Below are positions 7,317-16,028 of a stretch of 64,000 nucleotides of DNA, piece by piece. The DNA comes from Minisyncoccota bacterium (GTDB lineage Bacteria > Patescibacteriota > Minisyncoccia > Phycocordibacterales > 21-14-all-36-13): positions 14,649 through 78,648 of the forward strand of contig JBAZZJ010000002.1 of the NCBI GenBank assembly GCA_041658885.1, in the 5' to 3' direction. A program made the translations under genes and the position numbers. How positions within the stretch are numbered: the stretch's first letter is position 1; every line of letters starts with the position of its first letter. The notes under the pieces are model-generated. The model saw only the letters and a program-made list of their open reading frames with translations. It was not told the origin of the DNA and made no database searches.

Positions 7317-8798
7317 ATGAAGTATTATTTTTATCTTTTTATATTAATATTCGCGTTAGCATTACCGTGTTATGTTCACGCGGATATTTTTATTACAGAG
7401 ATAATGTATGACAACTCTGGTTCGGATACTGGAAGGGAATGGATTGAAATTTTTAATTCTGGTGGTGAATTGGTTGATATTACTGATTGGAAATTTTTTG
7501 ATGATTCTAACCATGTTTTGAATGAACCACCAAAAAACGCTAGCAGGGGCTCTCTTTTGTTAAGCTCTGGAGTATATATCATTTTGACCGGTGATGCGTC
7601 TCTCTTTATTTCGGAAAATTCATCATATTATGGTTCTGTTATAGATACCGTAATGAGTTTGAAAAATACTTCAGGGCAGGTTGGAATTTTAAATGCCGAA
7701 GGAACAGAAGTTGATAAGGTTTTATATGGTCAGGAAATTGGCGCGAATGGGGATGGAAACTCTCTACAAAAAACAAGCTCGGGATGGACGGCTTCTTCCC
7801 CAACCCTTGGTTCATCAGCATTTTCAATTTCGATAAATCAAAATAATAATTCTAACAACTCTTCAAATCAAAATATCTCAAGCAATCAAGCCACAAGTAG
7901 CAACAATACACGACCAGACTTAAGGCCTCAAATGTATGCTTTTGCTGGGGAAGATAAAACAGTTATTGTTGGGGCAGATACTTTTTTTGAAGGGAAGGCT
8001 TTTGGTTTAGAAAATAAAAAACTTGAGAATGCAGATTTTTTATGGAATTTTGGTGATGGTTCTATTAAAAAAGGAGAAAAGGTTTTGCATTCATATAATT
8101 ATCCAGGAAAATATGTAATTTTTTTAGATGTTTCGTCTGGGGAATTTTCAACAACAGATAGAATAAATGTAAATGCACTTCCTGCAGATATTATTATTTC
8201 AAATATAGGAAGAACTGATAAAGATAATTTTGTTGAAATTTACAATAAAACCAATAGAGAACTGGATTTATCATGGTGGCGGTTGCAGGTTGATAATAAT
8301 TTTTTTACATTACCAAAAAATACAATAATTTTACCGAACCAAAAAATCATTTTTTCTAAAAATACAACAAATTTAATTACAAAAGAAAACTCAATTGTAA
8401 ATCTTCTTTATCCAAACGGTAGTTTAGCTGTTTCTTTTAATAAAAACGAAGATATTGGTTCAAAAATTTCATACCAGAATAGTAATGTGACACAAACAAA
8501 CAAAAATTTATTAAATTTGAATGAAGAAGCAAACAAGAGTGTGAATATTGTAGCTGAAATGAAGAAAAATTCAAACGAGGCAAATAATTCTGCGTCAGTA
8601 GTAAATTCTGAAATTATTGAAAACACGGCTTCAAATAAGGATATTTTCAAGTGGGTGATAGCCTTATTTTCTGTGATATTATTATCAATTGTGAGTTATC
8701 TGTATGTCAGAAAAAATTCAACGAGGGGAGAACAAAAAGACCAAGAAGACATAGAAAAAATCTCAAACGAAATAGAAATTTTTGAGTCCCCACACTAA
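7317..8798 (+). CDS. lamin-tail-domain (LTD) x2 / PKD-domain protein with signal peptide and C-terminal TM anchor
   Basis: ITEIMYDNSGSDTGREWIEIFNSG (LTD), FLWNFGDGSIKKGEKVLHSYNYPGKYVIFLDV (PKD), a second LTD (FVEIYNKTNRELDLSWWRL) and the C-terminal helix WVIALFSVILLSIVSYLYV. Confidence 0.8.
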   Translation: MKYYFYLFILIFALALPCYVHADIFITEIMYDNSGSDTGREWIEIFNSGGELVDITDWKFFDDSNHVLNEPPKNASRGSLLLSSGVYIILTGDASLFISENSSYYGSVIDTVMSLKNTSGQVGILNAEGTEVDKVLYGQEIGANGDGNSLQKTSSGWTASSPTLGSSAFSISINQNNNSNNSSNQNISSNQATSSNNTRPDLRPQMYAFAGEDKTVIVGADTFFEGKAFGLENKKLENADFLWNFGDGSIKKGEKVLHSYNYPGKYVIFLDVSSGEFSTTDRINVNALPADIIISNIGRTDKDNFVEIYNKTNRELDLSWWRLQVDNNFFTLPKNTIILPNQKIIFSKNTTNLITKENSIVNLLYPNGSLAVSFNKNEDIGSKISYQNSNVTQTNKNLLNLNEEANKSVNIVAEMKKNSNEANNSASVVNSEIIENTASNKDIFKWVIALFSVILLSIVSYLYVRKNSTRGEQKDQEDIEKISNEIEIFESPH

Positions 8799-8952
8799 TC
8801 TTAATTTCGTTTGAAACAGATTAGTTTGTAAAATAGGGTAAAAACGGTGAGTTTTGAGATAGATAAAGAAACCACAGTAGTAGAGCAAAGCTCACTACGT
8901 GGCAAGCAAACAAGGTCAATGTTATTAAAATTAAGATTAGTGTGGGGATGAA
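8783..8952 (+). mobile_element. MITE-like element, family A copy 2
   Basis: TTGAG-T-CCCCACACTAATCTTAATTT ... AAATTAAGATTAGTGTGGGG-ATGAA with perfect 20-bp termini and the same internal hairpin as copy 1. It supplies the last codons and the stop of the LTD gene. Confidence 0.6.
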
Positions 8953-8957
8953 TAAAA

Positions 8958-9974
8958 ATGAATCAAAAAATAAAAATATTAATAACAACCGGGATTTACC
9001 CACCAAAAGTTGGTGGACCATCACAATATGCAAAAGAATTAGAGGAGGAATATAAAAGAAAAGAGCATACTGTAAAAGTAATAACGTATAAAATTGAACA
9101 CAAACTACCAATTGTTATTAGACACATAGCTTTTTTCTTTAAAGCAGTCTTTAATTTATTTGGTAAAAATTTTATAATATCTCTCGATACATTTAGCACC
9201 GGTTTCCCAACAATTCTCGCGTGTATTTTGTTTAGAAAAAAAAATGTAATAAGAATAGGTGGTGACTTTTTGTGGGAATCTTATGTAGAACGAACTGGGC
9301 ACATGATTCCATTGAATATTTTTTATTTCGGACATAAAAAGTTTTCTATAAAAGAAAAAATCATTTACTTTTTAACAAAATTTGTTTTAAATAATTCTGG
9401 TTCACTAGCATTTAACACAAAGTGGCAAAAGGATATTTTTGTTAGAGATTATAAACTTTCAGACAAGAAAAATATTTATGTAATAGAAAATTTTATTGGA
9501 GAAAAAGAAAAGTCCGAAAAATACAAAGAAAAGAACTTTCTTTGGTTTGTAAGAGATATTAAGTTGAAAAACGGCGATTTATTAAAAAAGGCCTTTTCAG
9601 AAGCAAAAGAAAAAAACGAGGAGATAATTTTAGAAACGGGAAATCTTTCTCACGAAAAATTGTTTGAAAAAATCAAGAGTTGTTATGTGGTAATATTACC
9701 CTCTTTAAGTGATATAGGGCCAAATTATATACTTGACGCTATAAGGTTTAATAAACCGTTTATACTGACAAAATATAGCGATTATTACGAGAAGTTCAAA
9801 AATATAGGCATTTTTGTTGATCCTTTAGACAAAGGAGACATAAAGAATAAAATACTTTATTTGGCAGACGAGAAAAATTATTTAAAACAACAAGAAAAAA
9901 TAAAACAATACAATTCCTCTCATACATGGTCAGAAATAGCAGAGGAATTTTTAAATATTTATAAGAAATTATGA
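8958..9974 (+). CDS. glycosyltransferase, GT4/GT1 (GT-B) family
   Basis: KILITTGIYPPKVGGPSQYAKEL N-terminus typical of GT4 enzymes. Confidence 0.75.
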   Translation: MNQKIKILITTGIYPPKVGGPSQYAKELEEEYKRKEHTVKVITYKIEHKLPIVIRHIAFFFKAVFNLFGKNFIISLDTFSTGFPTILACILFRKKNVIRIGGDFLWESYVERTGHMIPLNIFYFGHKKFSIKEKIIYFLTKFVLNNSGSLAFNTKWQKDIFVRDYKLSDKKNIYVIENFIGEKEKSEKYKEKNFLWFVRDIKLKNGDLLKKAFSEAKEKNEEIILETGNLSHEKLFEKIKSCYVVILPSLSDIGPNYILDAIRFNKPFILTKYSDYYEKFKNIGIFVDPLDKGDIKNKILYLADEKNYLKQQEKIKQYNSSHTWSEIAEEFLNIYKKL

Positions 9975-11119
9975 TTTTACTTAGCATAGGAACAGAAAGA
10001 AGAATTTTTGATATAGAAAGTGAAGCTCACTCACGAATTTTTTCCTACAGCAAACTTTTCGATGAAATGTATGTAATTGTTTTTAATACTAAAAAAAATT
10101 TAAATATAAATTTTAATCAAAAAAAATTTGGAGAAAAATTATTTGTTTACCCAACCAATTCAATAAATAGATGGTTTTATGTTTTGGATGCAATAAAAAT
10201 AGGGTTAAGAATAATAAAAGAAAAAAAACTAAATAAAAATAATTCTTATATAACAGCACAAGATCCATTTGAGACCGGTCTAGTCGGATGGTTTTTATCT
10301 TTTAGGTCAAAAATAAAATTGAATATTCAGATTCATACTGACATTTTCAGTTCATATTTTAAAAAGGGACACATTTTAAATTTATTAAGAATTCCAATAT
10401 CTAACTTTGTAATACCAAAAGCTGATTCTATAAGAGTTGTATCAGAAAGTATTAAAAATTTAATTATAAAAAAATTTAATGTAGATAAAAATAAAATTAC
10501 AATACTTCCAATTGTTGTTGATGAACAAAAAATTATAAACTCTGAAATAACCACTGATTTACACAAAAAATATTCTCAATTTGATTTTATATTTTTAATT
10601 ATTTCACGGCTTGAAAAAGAAAAAAATATTCCAACAATTATAGAATCTTTTAAAGAAGCGTTAAAACAGAATCCAAAAACCGGCCTTATAATAATAGGGG
10701 ATGGAAATTGTAAAAAACTATTGGAAGAGTTCGTTAAAAAACATAATTTACAAAAAAATATTATTTTTGAAGGCTGGAGCAATAATATTCACACTTATTT
10801 AAAAACTGCGGACGCATTTGTTTCATCTTCTTTTTATGAAGGGTATGGGATGGTATTTATTGAGGCGGTTTTATGCAATTGTCCAATTATTTCCTCAAAT
10901 GTTGGAATTATAAAAGAAGGGTTCAAAGATGAAGAAAATGCCATGATTTGTAATGCAGACGACAAAGAATGTTTTTCTAAAAAAATGACAAAGATTGTTA
11001 ATAATAATATTTTAAGAAATAAATTAATTAAAAATGCTACAAAAGTTTTGGAAAATAATAATATTATTCTCAACTCAGATAAATATTTGGTGAATTATAA
11101 AAAACTTTTTGAATTATGA
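9971..11119 (+). CDS. glycosyltransferase family 4
   Basis: ISRLEKEKN, EGYGMVFIEAVLCNCPIISSNVG (the E-x7-E region). ATGA overlap with the upstream gene. Confidence 0.85.
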   Translation: MILLSIGTERRIFDIESEAHSRIFSYSKLFDEMYVIVFNTKKNLNINFNQKKFGEKLFVYPTNSINRWFYVLDAIKIGLRIIKEKKLNKNNSYITAQDPFETGLVGWFLSFRSKIKLNIQIHTDIFSSYFKKGHILNLLRIPISNFVIPKADSIRVVSESIKNLIIKKFNVDKNKITILPIVVDEQKIINSEITTDLHKKYSQFDFIFLIISRLEKEKNIPTIIESFKEALKQNPKTGLIIIGDGNCKKLLEEFVKKHNLQKNIIFEGWSNNIHTYLKTADAFVSSSFYEGYGMVFIEAVLCNCPIISSNVGIIKEGFKDEENAMICNADDKECFSKKMTKIVNNNILRNKLIKNATKVLENNNIILNSDKYLVNYKKLFEL

Positions 11120-11997
11120 AAAAATTAAAAAACAAAAATAAATTAAATATAGGTTTTATAGGACAAGGATATATAGGCAAGAATTATGCTAATGACTTTG
11201 AAAACAGAGGATTTAGTGTAGTTAGATATTCTGCCGAAGAAGCACACAAACACAATAAAGAAAAAATAAAAGAATGCGACATTGTTTTTATAGCAGTCCC
11301 AGCGCCAACTACCCCAAAAGGATTTGATGACAGTATAATAAAAGAGGCCTTAAAACTCATTGGTAAAAATAAAACAGCTATTATTAAGTCAACAATTCCA
11401 GTTGGTAAAACAGAGGAACTTCAGAAAAAAAATAGGAATATTTATATTTTTCACTCACCCGAATTTTTGACAGAAGCAACTGCGTCATATGATGCGGCAC
11501 ACCCAGATAGAAATATAATAGGATTGCCTGTTTGGAATAATATCTATAAAAAAAAAGCAGATAAAATCTTAAAAACACTTCCCAAATCACCATACAACCT
11601 GATTTGCAATTCAAAAGACGCAGAACTTATAAAGTATGGAGGAAATTGTATGTCTTATACAAAAGTAATATTTGTTAATATCTTTTATGATTTAGTTTCA
11701 AACTCTGGCGCTAATTGGGACATAGTTAAAGAAGCAATAACAGCTGATCCAAGAATAGGGAAACATCACATTGAACCAATTCACAAAAGCGGAAGAGGTG
11801 CCGGCGGTCATTGTTTTATAAAAGATTTTGCCATGTTTTCAAAAATGTATGATGAATTTGTTGGAAATAAATATGGTAAAAATGTTTTAAAAAGTTTAGA
11901 GGAAAAAAACAGACATCTTCTAACCAAAACAAAAAAAGACATAGATTTACTTAAAATGGTATATGGACACGACAAAAAAAGAAAAAGTAAAAAATGA
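11116..11997 (+). CDS. UDP-glucose/GDP-mannose dehydrogenase family protein (short form lacking the C-terminal nucleotide-sugar domain)
   Basis: IGFIGQGYIGKNYA Rossmann motif, FHSPEFLTEATASYDAAHPDRNIIG and GGHCFIKD. Confidence 0.65.
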   Translation: MKKLKNKNKLNIGFIGQGYIGKNYANDFENRGFSVVRYSAEEAHKHNKEKIKECDIVFIAVPAPTTPKGFDDSIIKEALKLIGKNKTAIIKSTIPVGKTEELQKKNRNIYIFHSPEFLTEATASYDAAHPDRNIIGLPVWNNIYKKKADKILKTLPKSPYNLICNSKDAELIKYGGNCMSYTKVIFVNIFYDLVSNSGANWDIVKEAITADPRIGKHHIEPIHKSGRGAGGHCFIKDFAMFSKMYDEFVGNKYGKNVLKSLEEKNRHLLTKTKKDIDLLKMVYGHDKKRKSKK

Positions 11998-12166
11998 AAT
12001 TACGATAAAAACTTTTAATTTTTCATTTTTAAAAGGAATCGAAAGTTCAGCAATATTGTCACAAATTAAATTAATTGATGCAAAGAGATTAAGTCGTCAT
12101 GTGGGTAATATATCTGAAGATGATTTTAGTAAATTAAAACAAAAACTCAAGGAATTATTACCTTGA
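11963..12166 (+). pseudogene. 3' remnant of a PemK/MazF-like toxin gene (paralog of 58926-59312)
   Basis: SSAILSQIKLIDAKRLSRHVGNISEDDFSKLKQKLKELL aligns with AFAIISQIRLIDTKRLANKIGMLDKTQFETIKKAVKDLI of the intact gene. The N-terminal two thirds are missing and the ORF overlaps the preceding gene. Confidence 0.6.
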
Positions 12167-12176
12167 GTGTTTTTTC

Positions 12177-12215
12177 CTCTGTCTTTCGACAGAGTCGGGC
12201 CGAAGCCATTTGTAA
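12177..12215 (+). ncRNA. conserved structured element 3' of the MazF-like remnant
   Basis: CTCTGTC-tttc-GACAGAG, then GGC-CGAA-GCC, then CATTTGT. It is homologous to 59331-59370 with compensatory stem changes. Confidence 0.4.
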
Positions 12216-12242
12216 ATTCAATGTTATACTACTCTTGGTGAT

Positions 12243-13325
12243 ATGTCAATGAAATTACTAATAATAACTCAAAAAGTAGATAAAAATGACCCAATATTAG
12301 GGTTTTTTCACGGTTGGGTGGAAGAATTTTCCAAAAACGTTGAAAAGCTTACTGTGATTTGTTTAGGGGCTGGTGAACATGATTTGCCACAAAATGTCCA
12401 AGTTTTTTCTTTAGGAAAGCCAACCCAAGGTTGGCCAGCCTCGGGCCGGGAAAGATTATTTTGTAAGCTAAAAGCCTTGGCAATTTTTTATAAATACATA
12501 TTCAAATTACGAAAAGAATATGATGTAGTGTTTGTGCACATGAACAAAGAATATGTATTTCTCGGAGGATTGTTTTGGAAGTTGTGGAATAAAAAAATCG
12601 CATTATGGTACAACCACTCGTTCGGAGATTTTATGGTAAAAATTTCTGTTTTTTTATCTGATAATGTTTTTTATACATCTCCACAGGCGTTTACTTCAAA
12701 ACATAAAAAATCTAAGCAAATGTCAGCAGGAATAGATACAAATCTTTTTAAAAAAATAGAAAATATAGAAAAAAAGAAAAACTCGTTATTATTTTTAGGA
12801 AGAATTTCTCCAATAAAAAATTTAGATTTGCTTATAGATTCTGTAATTTCAATTAATAAATTTGGAAATGACTTGAAATTAGATATATTTGGCGGACCAG
12901 CAAACCCGGGTGACTATTCTTATGCAGACGAATTAAAAAAGAGAACAAAGGAACAAAATAAATTCATAATATTTAATGGGCCAGTAGCAAATTATAAAAC
13001 CCCGCAAATATTTAACGAACATGAAGTTTTTGTAAATTTAACTCCAAGTGGGAGCTTAGACAAAACAACGCTTGAAGCAATGTCATGCGAGACACTGGTT
13101 CTGACATCAAATAGATATTTTGAAGACGTGTTAGAAAATGATTTGAAAAAAATAATCTTATTTAAAGAAAAAAATCGTGATGACTTAATTATTAAAATAA
13201 AACAAATTTTTAAATTAAAAAACGATGAAAAGAAAAAAATATCAAAAGAATTAAGAAAAATTGTAATTCAAAAACATAGTTTGTTATTTTTGGTAAAAGA
13301 TGTGATTGAAACTCTATCAAAATAG
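12243..13325 (+). CDS. glycosyltransferase family 1/4
   Basis: FLGRISPIKNLDLLI and GSLDKTTLEAMSCETLVLTSN, the GT-B C-terminal domain signature. Confidence 0.8.
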   Translation: MSMKLLIITQKVDKNDPILGFFHGWVEEFSKNVEKLTVICLGAGEHDLPQNVQVFSLGKPTQGWPASGRERLFCKLKALAIFYKYIFKLRKEYDVVFVHMNKEYVFLGGLFWKLWNKKIALWYNHSFGDFMVKISVFLSDNVFYTSPQAFTSKHKKSKQMSAGIDTNLFKKIENIEKKKNSLLFLGRISPIKNLDLLIDSVISINKFGNDLKLDIFGGPANPGDYSYADELKKRTKEQNKFIIFNGPVANYKTPQIFNEHEVFVNLTPSGSLDKTTLEAMSCETLVLTSNRYFEDVLENDLKKIILFKEKNRDDLIIKIKQIFKLKNDEKKKISKELRKIVIQKHSLLFLVKDVIETLSK

Positions 13326-13332
13326 TTTTTAT

Positions 13333-13466
13333 ATGAATCCCCCCGCTAATCTTAATTTCGTTTAAAACAAATTGGTATATAAAACAGGGCAAGTGGTAAA
13401 TTTTAAAATAAACAAAGAAACAAACAAGGTCAATATTATTAAAATTAAGGCTAGTGTAAAGATGAA
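13333..13466 (+). mobile_element. MITE-like element, family A copy 3 (shorter, degenerate arms)
   Basis: ATGAA-T-CCCCCCGCTAATCTTAATTT ... AAATTAAGGCTAGTGTAAAG-ATGAA. It lacks the internal hairpin and the arm substitutions are not compensatory. Confidence 0.55.
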
Positions 13467-14631
13467 CAAAAAAAAAATAATTTATTTAACCAATACAAGA
13501 CTACCAACGGAAAAAGCGCATGGTTTAGCCACGGTTAAAATATGTGAAGCGTTTGCCGATTTAGACTACGAAGTTACCATAATCTCACCTATTTTATGGA
13601 GAAAAAACCAAAAAGATGTTTTTTCTTATTATGATATAAAGAAAAATTTTAAAATCATTAAAATTTTTTCAATAGACTTAATTCCTTTTAAATTTTTTCA
13701 AAGAATTACATTTTTAATTCAAGTATTTTCTTTTTCAATATTTTCATTTTTTTATATTTTATTTAAGTATTGGAAATCATTGAATGATATTGTGTTTTTC
13801 TCGCACGACCACATTCCGCTATTTTTTATTTCGTTCATATCAAAAAATATTTTTTATGATATACACCATTTTCCAGATAGAAACTTTCTATATAAAAGAA
13901 TTTTGAAAAAAGCGTTTGGTTTTGGGACACAAACAAAATGGAAGATGAATATGTTAAAAGAAAAATTTGGCATCAATTTTAATAAAATAATATATTGGCC
14001 AAACGGTACTGATATAAAAAAATTTATGTTGAGTATTTCTCAAGATGAAGCAAGAAAAAAACTCAAACTACCAGAAAAACAGAAAATCGTTCTTTACGTT
14101 GGATCTTTAATTAGTTGGAAGGGGGTGGATTCTCTGGTCGGTACAATAAATTTTTTATCAGAAGATATATTCATATACATAGTCGGTTCTTCCCCAGAAG
14201 ATATAAAGAGATTTAAAAAAGAATTTCCGATAGCAAATCACGAAAGAGTAATATTTATTCCTTTTCAACACACAAATATAATTCCGATTTGGTATAAATC
14301 GGCAGACGTATTAATTCTTCCAAATACTGGTAAACAAAAAGTTTCTACTTTTTATACATCACCGATGAAACTTTTTGAATACATGACTTCTGGTGTGCCT
14401 ATTATTGCGTCCAAAATTTTATCTATAGAAGAAATTGTGAATGAAAATTTAATTACATTTGCAGAAGCCGATAATCCAAAATCTTTCGCAAATATGATAG
14501 AATCAGTACTTAAAAACGAAAATGTATCTAGAAATAAGGCCTTATTAGCACAAAAGAAAGTTTTTGAGTATACGTGGTTAAAAAGAGCTGAAAAAATAAC
14601 AGATTACATAAATAATTTTAAATTTTTTTAA
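13462..14631 (+). CDS. glycosyltransferase family 4
   Basis: Start moved from track position 13372 (inside the repeat element) to the ATG at the element's 3' end, by analogy with the other copies. Motifs EKAHGLATVKICEAFADLDYEVTI and YTSPMKLFEYMTSGVPIIAS. Confidence 0.75.
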   Translation: MNKKKIIYLTNTRLPTEKAHGLATVKICEAFADLDYEVTIISPILWRKNQKDVFSYYDIKKNFKIIKIFSIDLIPFKFFQRITFLIQVFSFSIFSFFYILFKYWKSLNDIVFFSHDHIPLFFISFISKNIFYDIHHFPDRNFLYKRILKKAFGFGTQTKWKMNMLKEKFGINFNKIIYWPNGTDIKKFMLSISQDEARKKLKLPEKQKIVLYVGSLISWKGVDSLVGTINFLSEDIFIYIVGSSPEDIKRFKKEFPIANHERVIFIPFQHTNIIPIWYKSADVLILPNTGKQKVSTFYTSPMKLFEYMTSGVPIIASKILSIEEIVNENLITFAEADNPKSFANMIESVLKNENVSRNKALLAQKKVFEYTWLKRAEKITDYINNFKFF

Positions 14632-16028
14632 TGAATCCAATTAAAAATAAAACAATTTTTTTTAGTGTCGCATCAAAGTTTATAATGAGAAACTTCTTTT
14701 TTGTTAAAGATGGCATTTTTGATATTTTAAAAAATAACAAAAATTTAAAAATAGTTTTATTGATGAGCGAAGCTCTTTATAAAAAAAATGAAGATTTTTT
14801 TAAGAAAAATTCCTTACCAAATGTTGTTATAGAAAAAATAGAAACAACTTATCATATGGTGGGAGAAAATATATTACAAAAATTATTTATATTTTTTTAT
14901 TCATATCTTATTTTTACACCAACTACACGACTTCTTGCATCAAAAGGAGCAAGAGCCGATATATCGGTTTCAAAGTATGCACATTATTTTTATCTTTTTA
15001 AGTGGCTAAACTATCAAATATTTGGTCATTTCTTCTTTATAAAAAAATCATTAGTTTCAAAACTTTACCCTTTAATTTTTAAGAAAAGACAATATAAATA
15101 TCTATTTGATAAATATAAACCTGACTTATTATTTATTCCTAACATTGCACATAATCCAGATTTGAAACTTTTAGATGAAGCAAAAAGACAAGGAATAAAA
15201 ACAATTGGAATGTGCGGGAGTTGGGATCATTTTAATAAATATTTTGTTCCAATAAGATCCGATGTACTTTTGGCTTGGAATGATCCACTAAAAGAAGAAG
15301 CAATAGAGTATGAAGGATATGATTCAAAACAAATAGAAATGGTAGGTTTTCCTCAGTTTGATTCGTATGTTAAAAATGATTTTCTAATTTCAAAGGAGGA
15401 GTTTTATAAAAAAATTGGATTTGAAAAAGATAAAAAAATAATATTTTTTGTTTCAGAAGGGGCATATTCTTTAGATGGTAAAGATATTATAGACATGATG
15501 ATTAAATGGATAGAACAAAGGAAATTATCAAAGGATTCAAGAATAATATTAAGGCTGTACCCGGGTGTAAATTCTGAAGAAGAAACGTATAAAGAATTTT
15601 TTAACAATAAATTTGTTTTTGTTGATAGAGTAGACAACTGGAGTACCAAAGATAATTTTTATAATTTTATAAACACTATGTATTATTCGGATATAGTTAT
15701 AAGTACATACTCAACAATTTCTGTTGAAGGATGTGTTTTTGATAAACCGCTTATAAATATAAACTTTGATGGATATTCAAAAAGACCAGCAAATAAGACG
15801 GTTAAACGATTAAGGGCGCTTTCTCACTTTAAACATGTTTCCGATACAGGAGCACTTTCAAATGTTTCTTCTGAAGAAGAACTTTTAAACACAATAAACA
15901 AATATTTAAAAAATTCTGAATTTAAATCAGAACAAAGAAGAAAAATGATAGACAGAATGTGTTTTAGATTAGACGGGAAATCATCCGAAAGAATTGTTAA
16001 AAGTATAACTAAAAGTTTAAATAAATAA
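14631..16028 (+). CDS. GT-B fold protein, TagB/TagF (CDP-glycerol glycerophosphotransferase)-like, paralog 1 of 4
   Basis: Block KYKPDLLFIP..EAKRQGIKTIGMCGSWDHFN..LLAWND..KEEAI..VGFPQFDSY..IIFFVSEG..STYSTISVEGCVFDKPLININFDG..FRLDGKSSERIV is shared with 17409, 20081 and 21452. The family assignment is tentative. Confidence 0.45.
   Translation: MNPIKNKTIFFSVASKFIMRNFFFVKDGIFDILKNNKNLKIVLLMSEALYKKNEDFFKKNSLPNVVIEKIETTYHMVGENILQKLFIFFYSYLIFTPTTRLLASKGARADISVSKYAHYFYLFKWLNYQIFGHFFFIKKSLVSKLYPLIFKKRQYKYLFDKYKPDLLFIPNIAHNPDLKLLDEAKRQGIKTIGMCGSWDHFNKYFVPIRSDVLLAWNDPLKEEAIEYEGYDSKQIEMVGFPQFDSYVKNDFLISKEEFYKKIGFEKDKKIIFFVSEGAYSLDGKDIIDMMIKWIEQRKLSKDSRIILRLYPGVNSEEETYKEFFNNKFVFVDRVDNWSTKDNFYNFINTMYYSDIVISTYSTISVEGCVFDKPLININFDGYSKRPANKTVKRLRALSHFKHVSDTGALSNVSSEEELLNTINKYLKNSEFKSEQRRKMIDRMCFRLDGKSSERIVKSITKSLNK

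Noticed and set aside
9971-9974. Alternative genetic code with UGA recoded, as in some CPR lineages.
   Set aside because: TGA functions as the stop in four ATGA start/stop overlaps (9971, 11116, 23805, 49094), and well-conserved proteins terminate normally. The standard code 11 fits.
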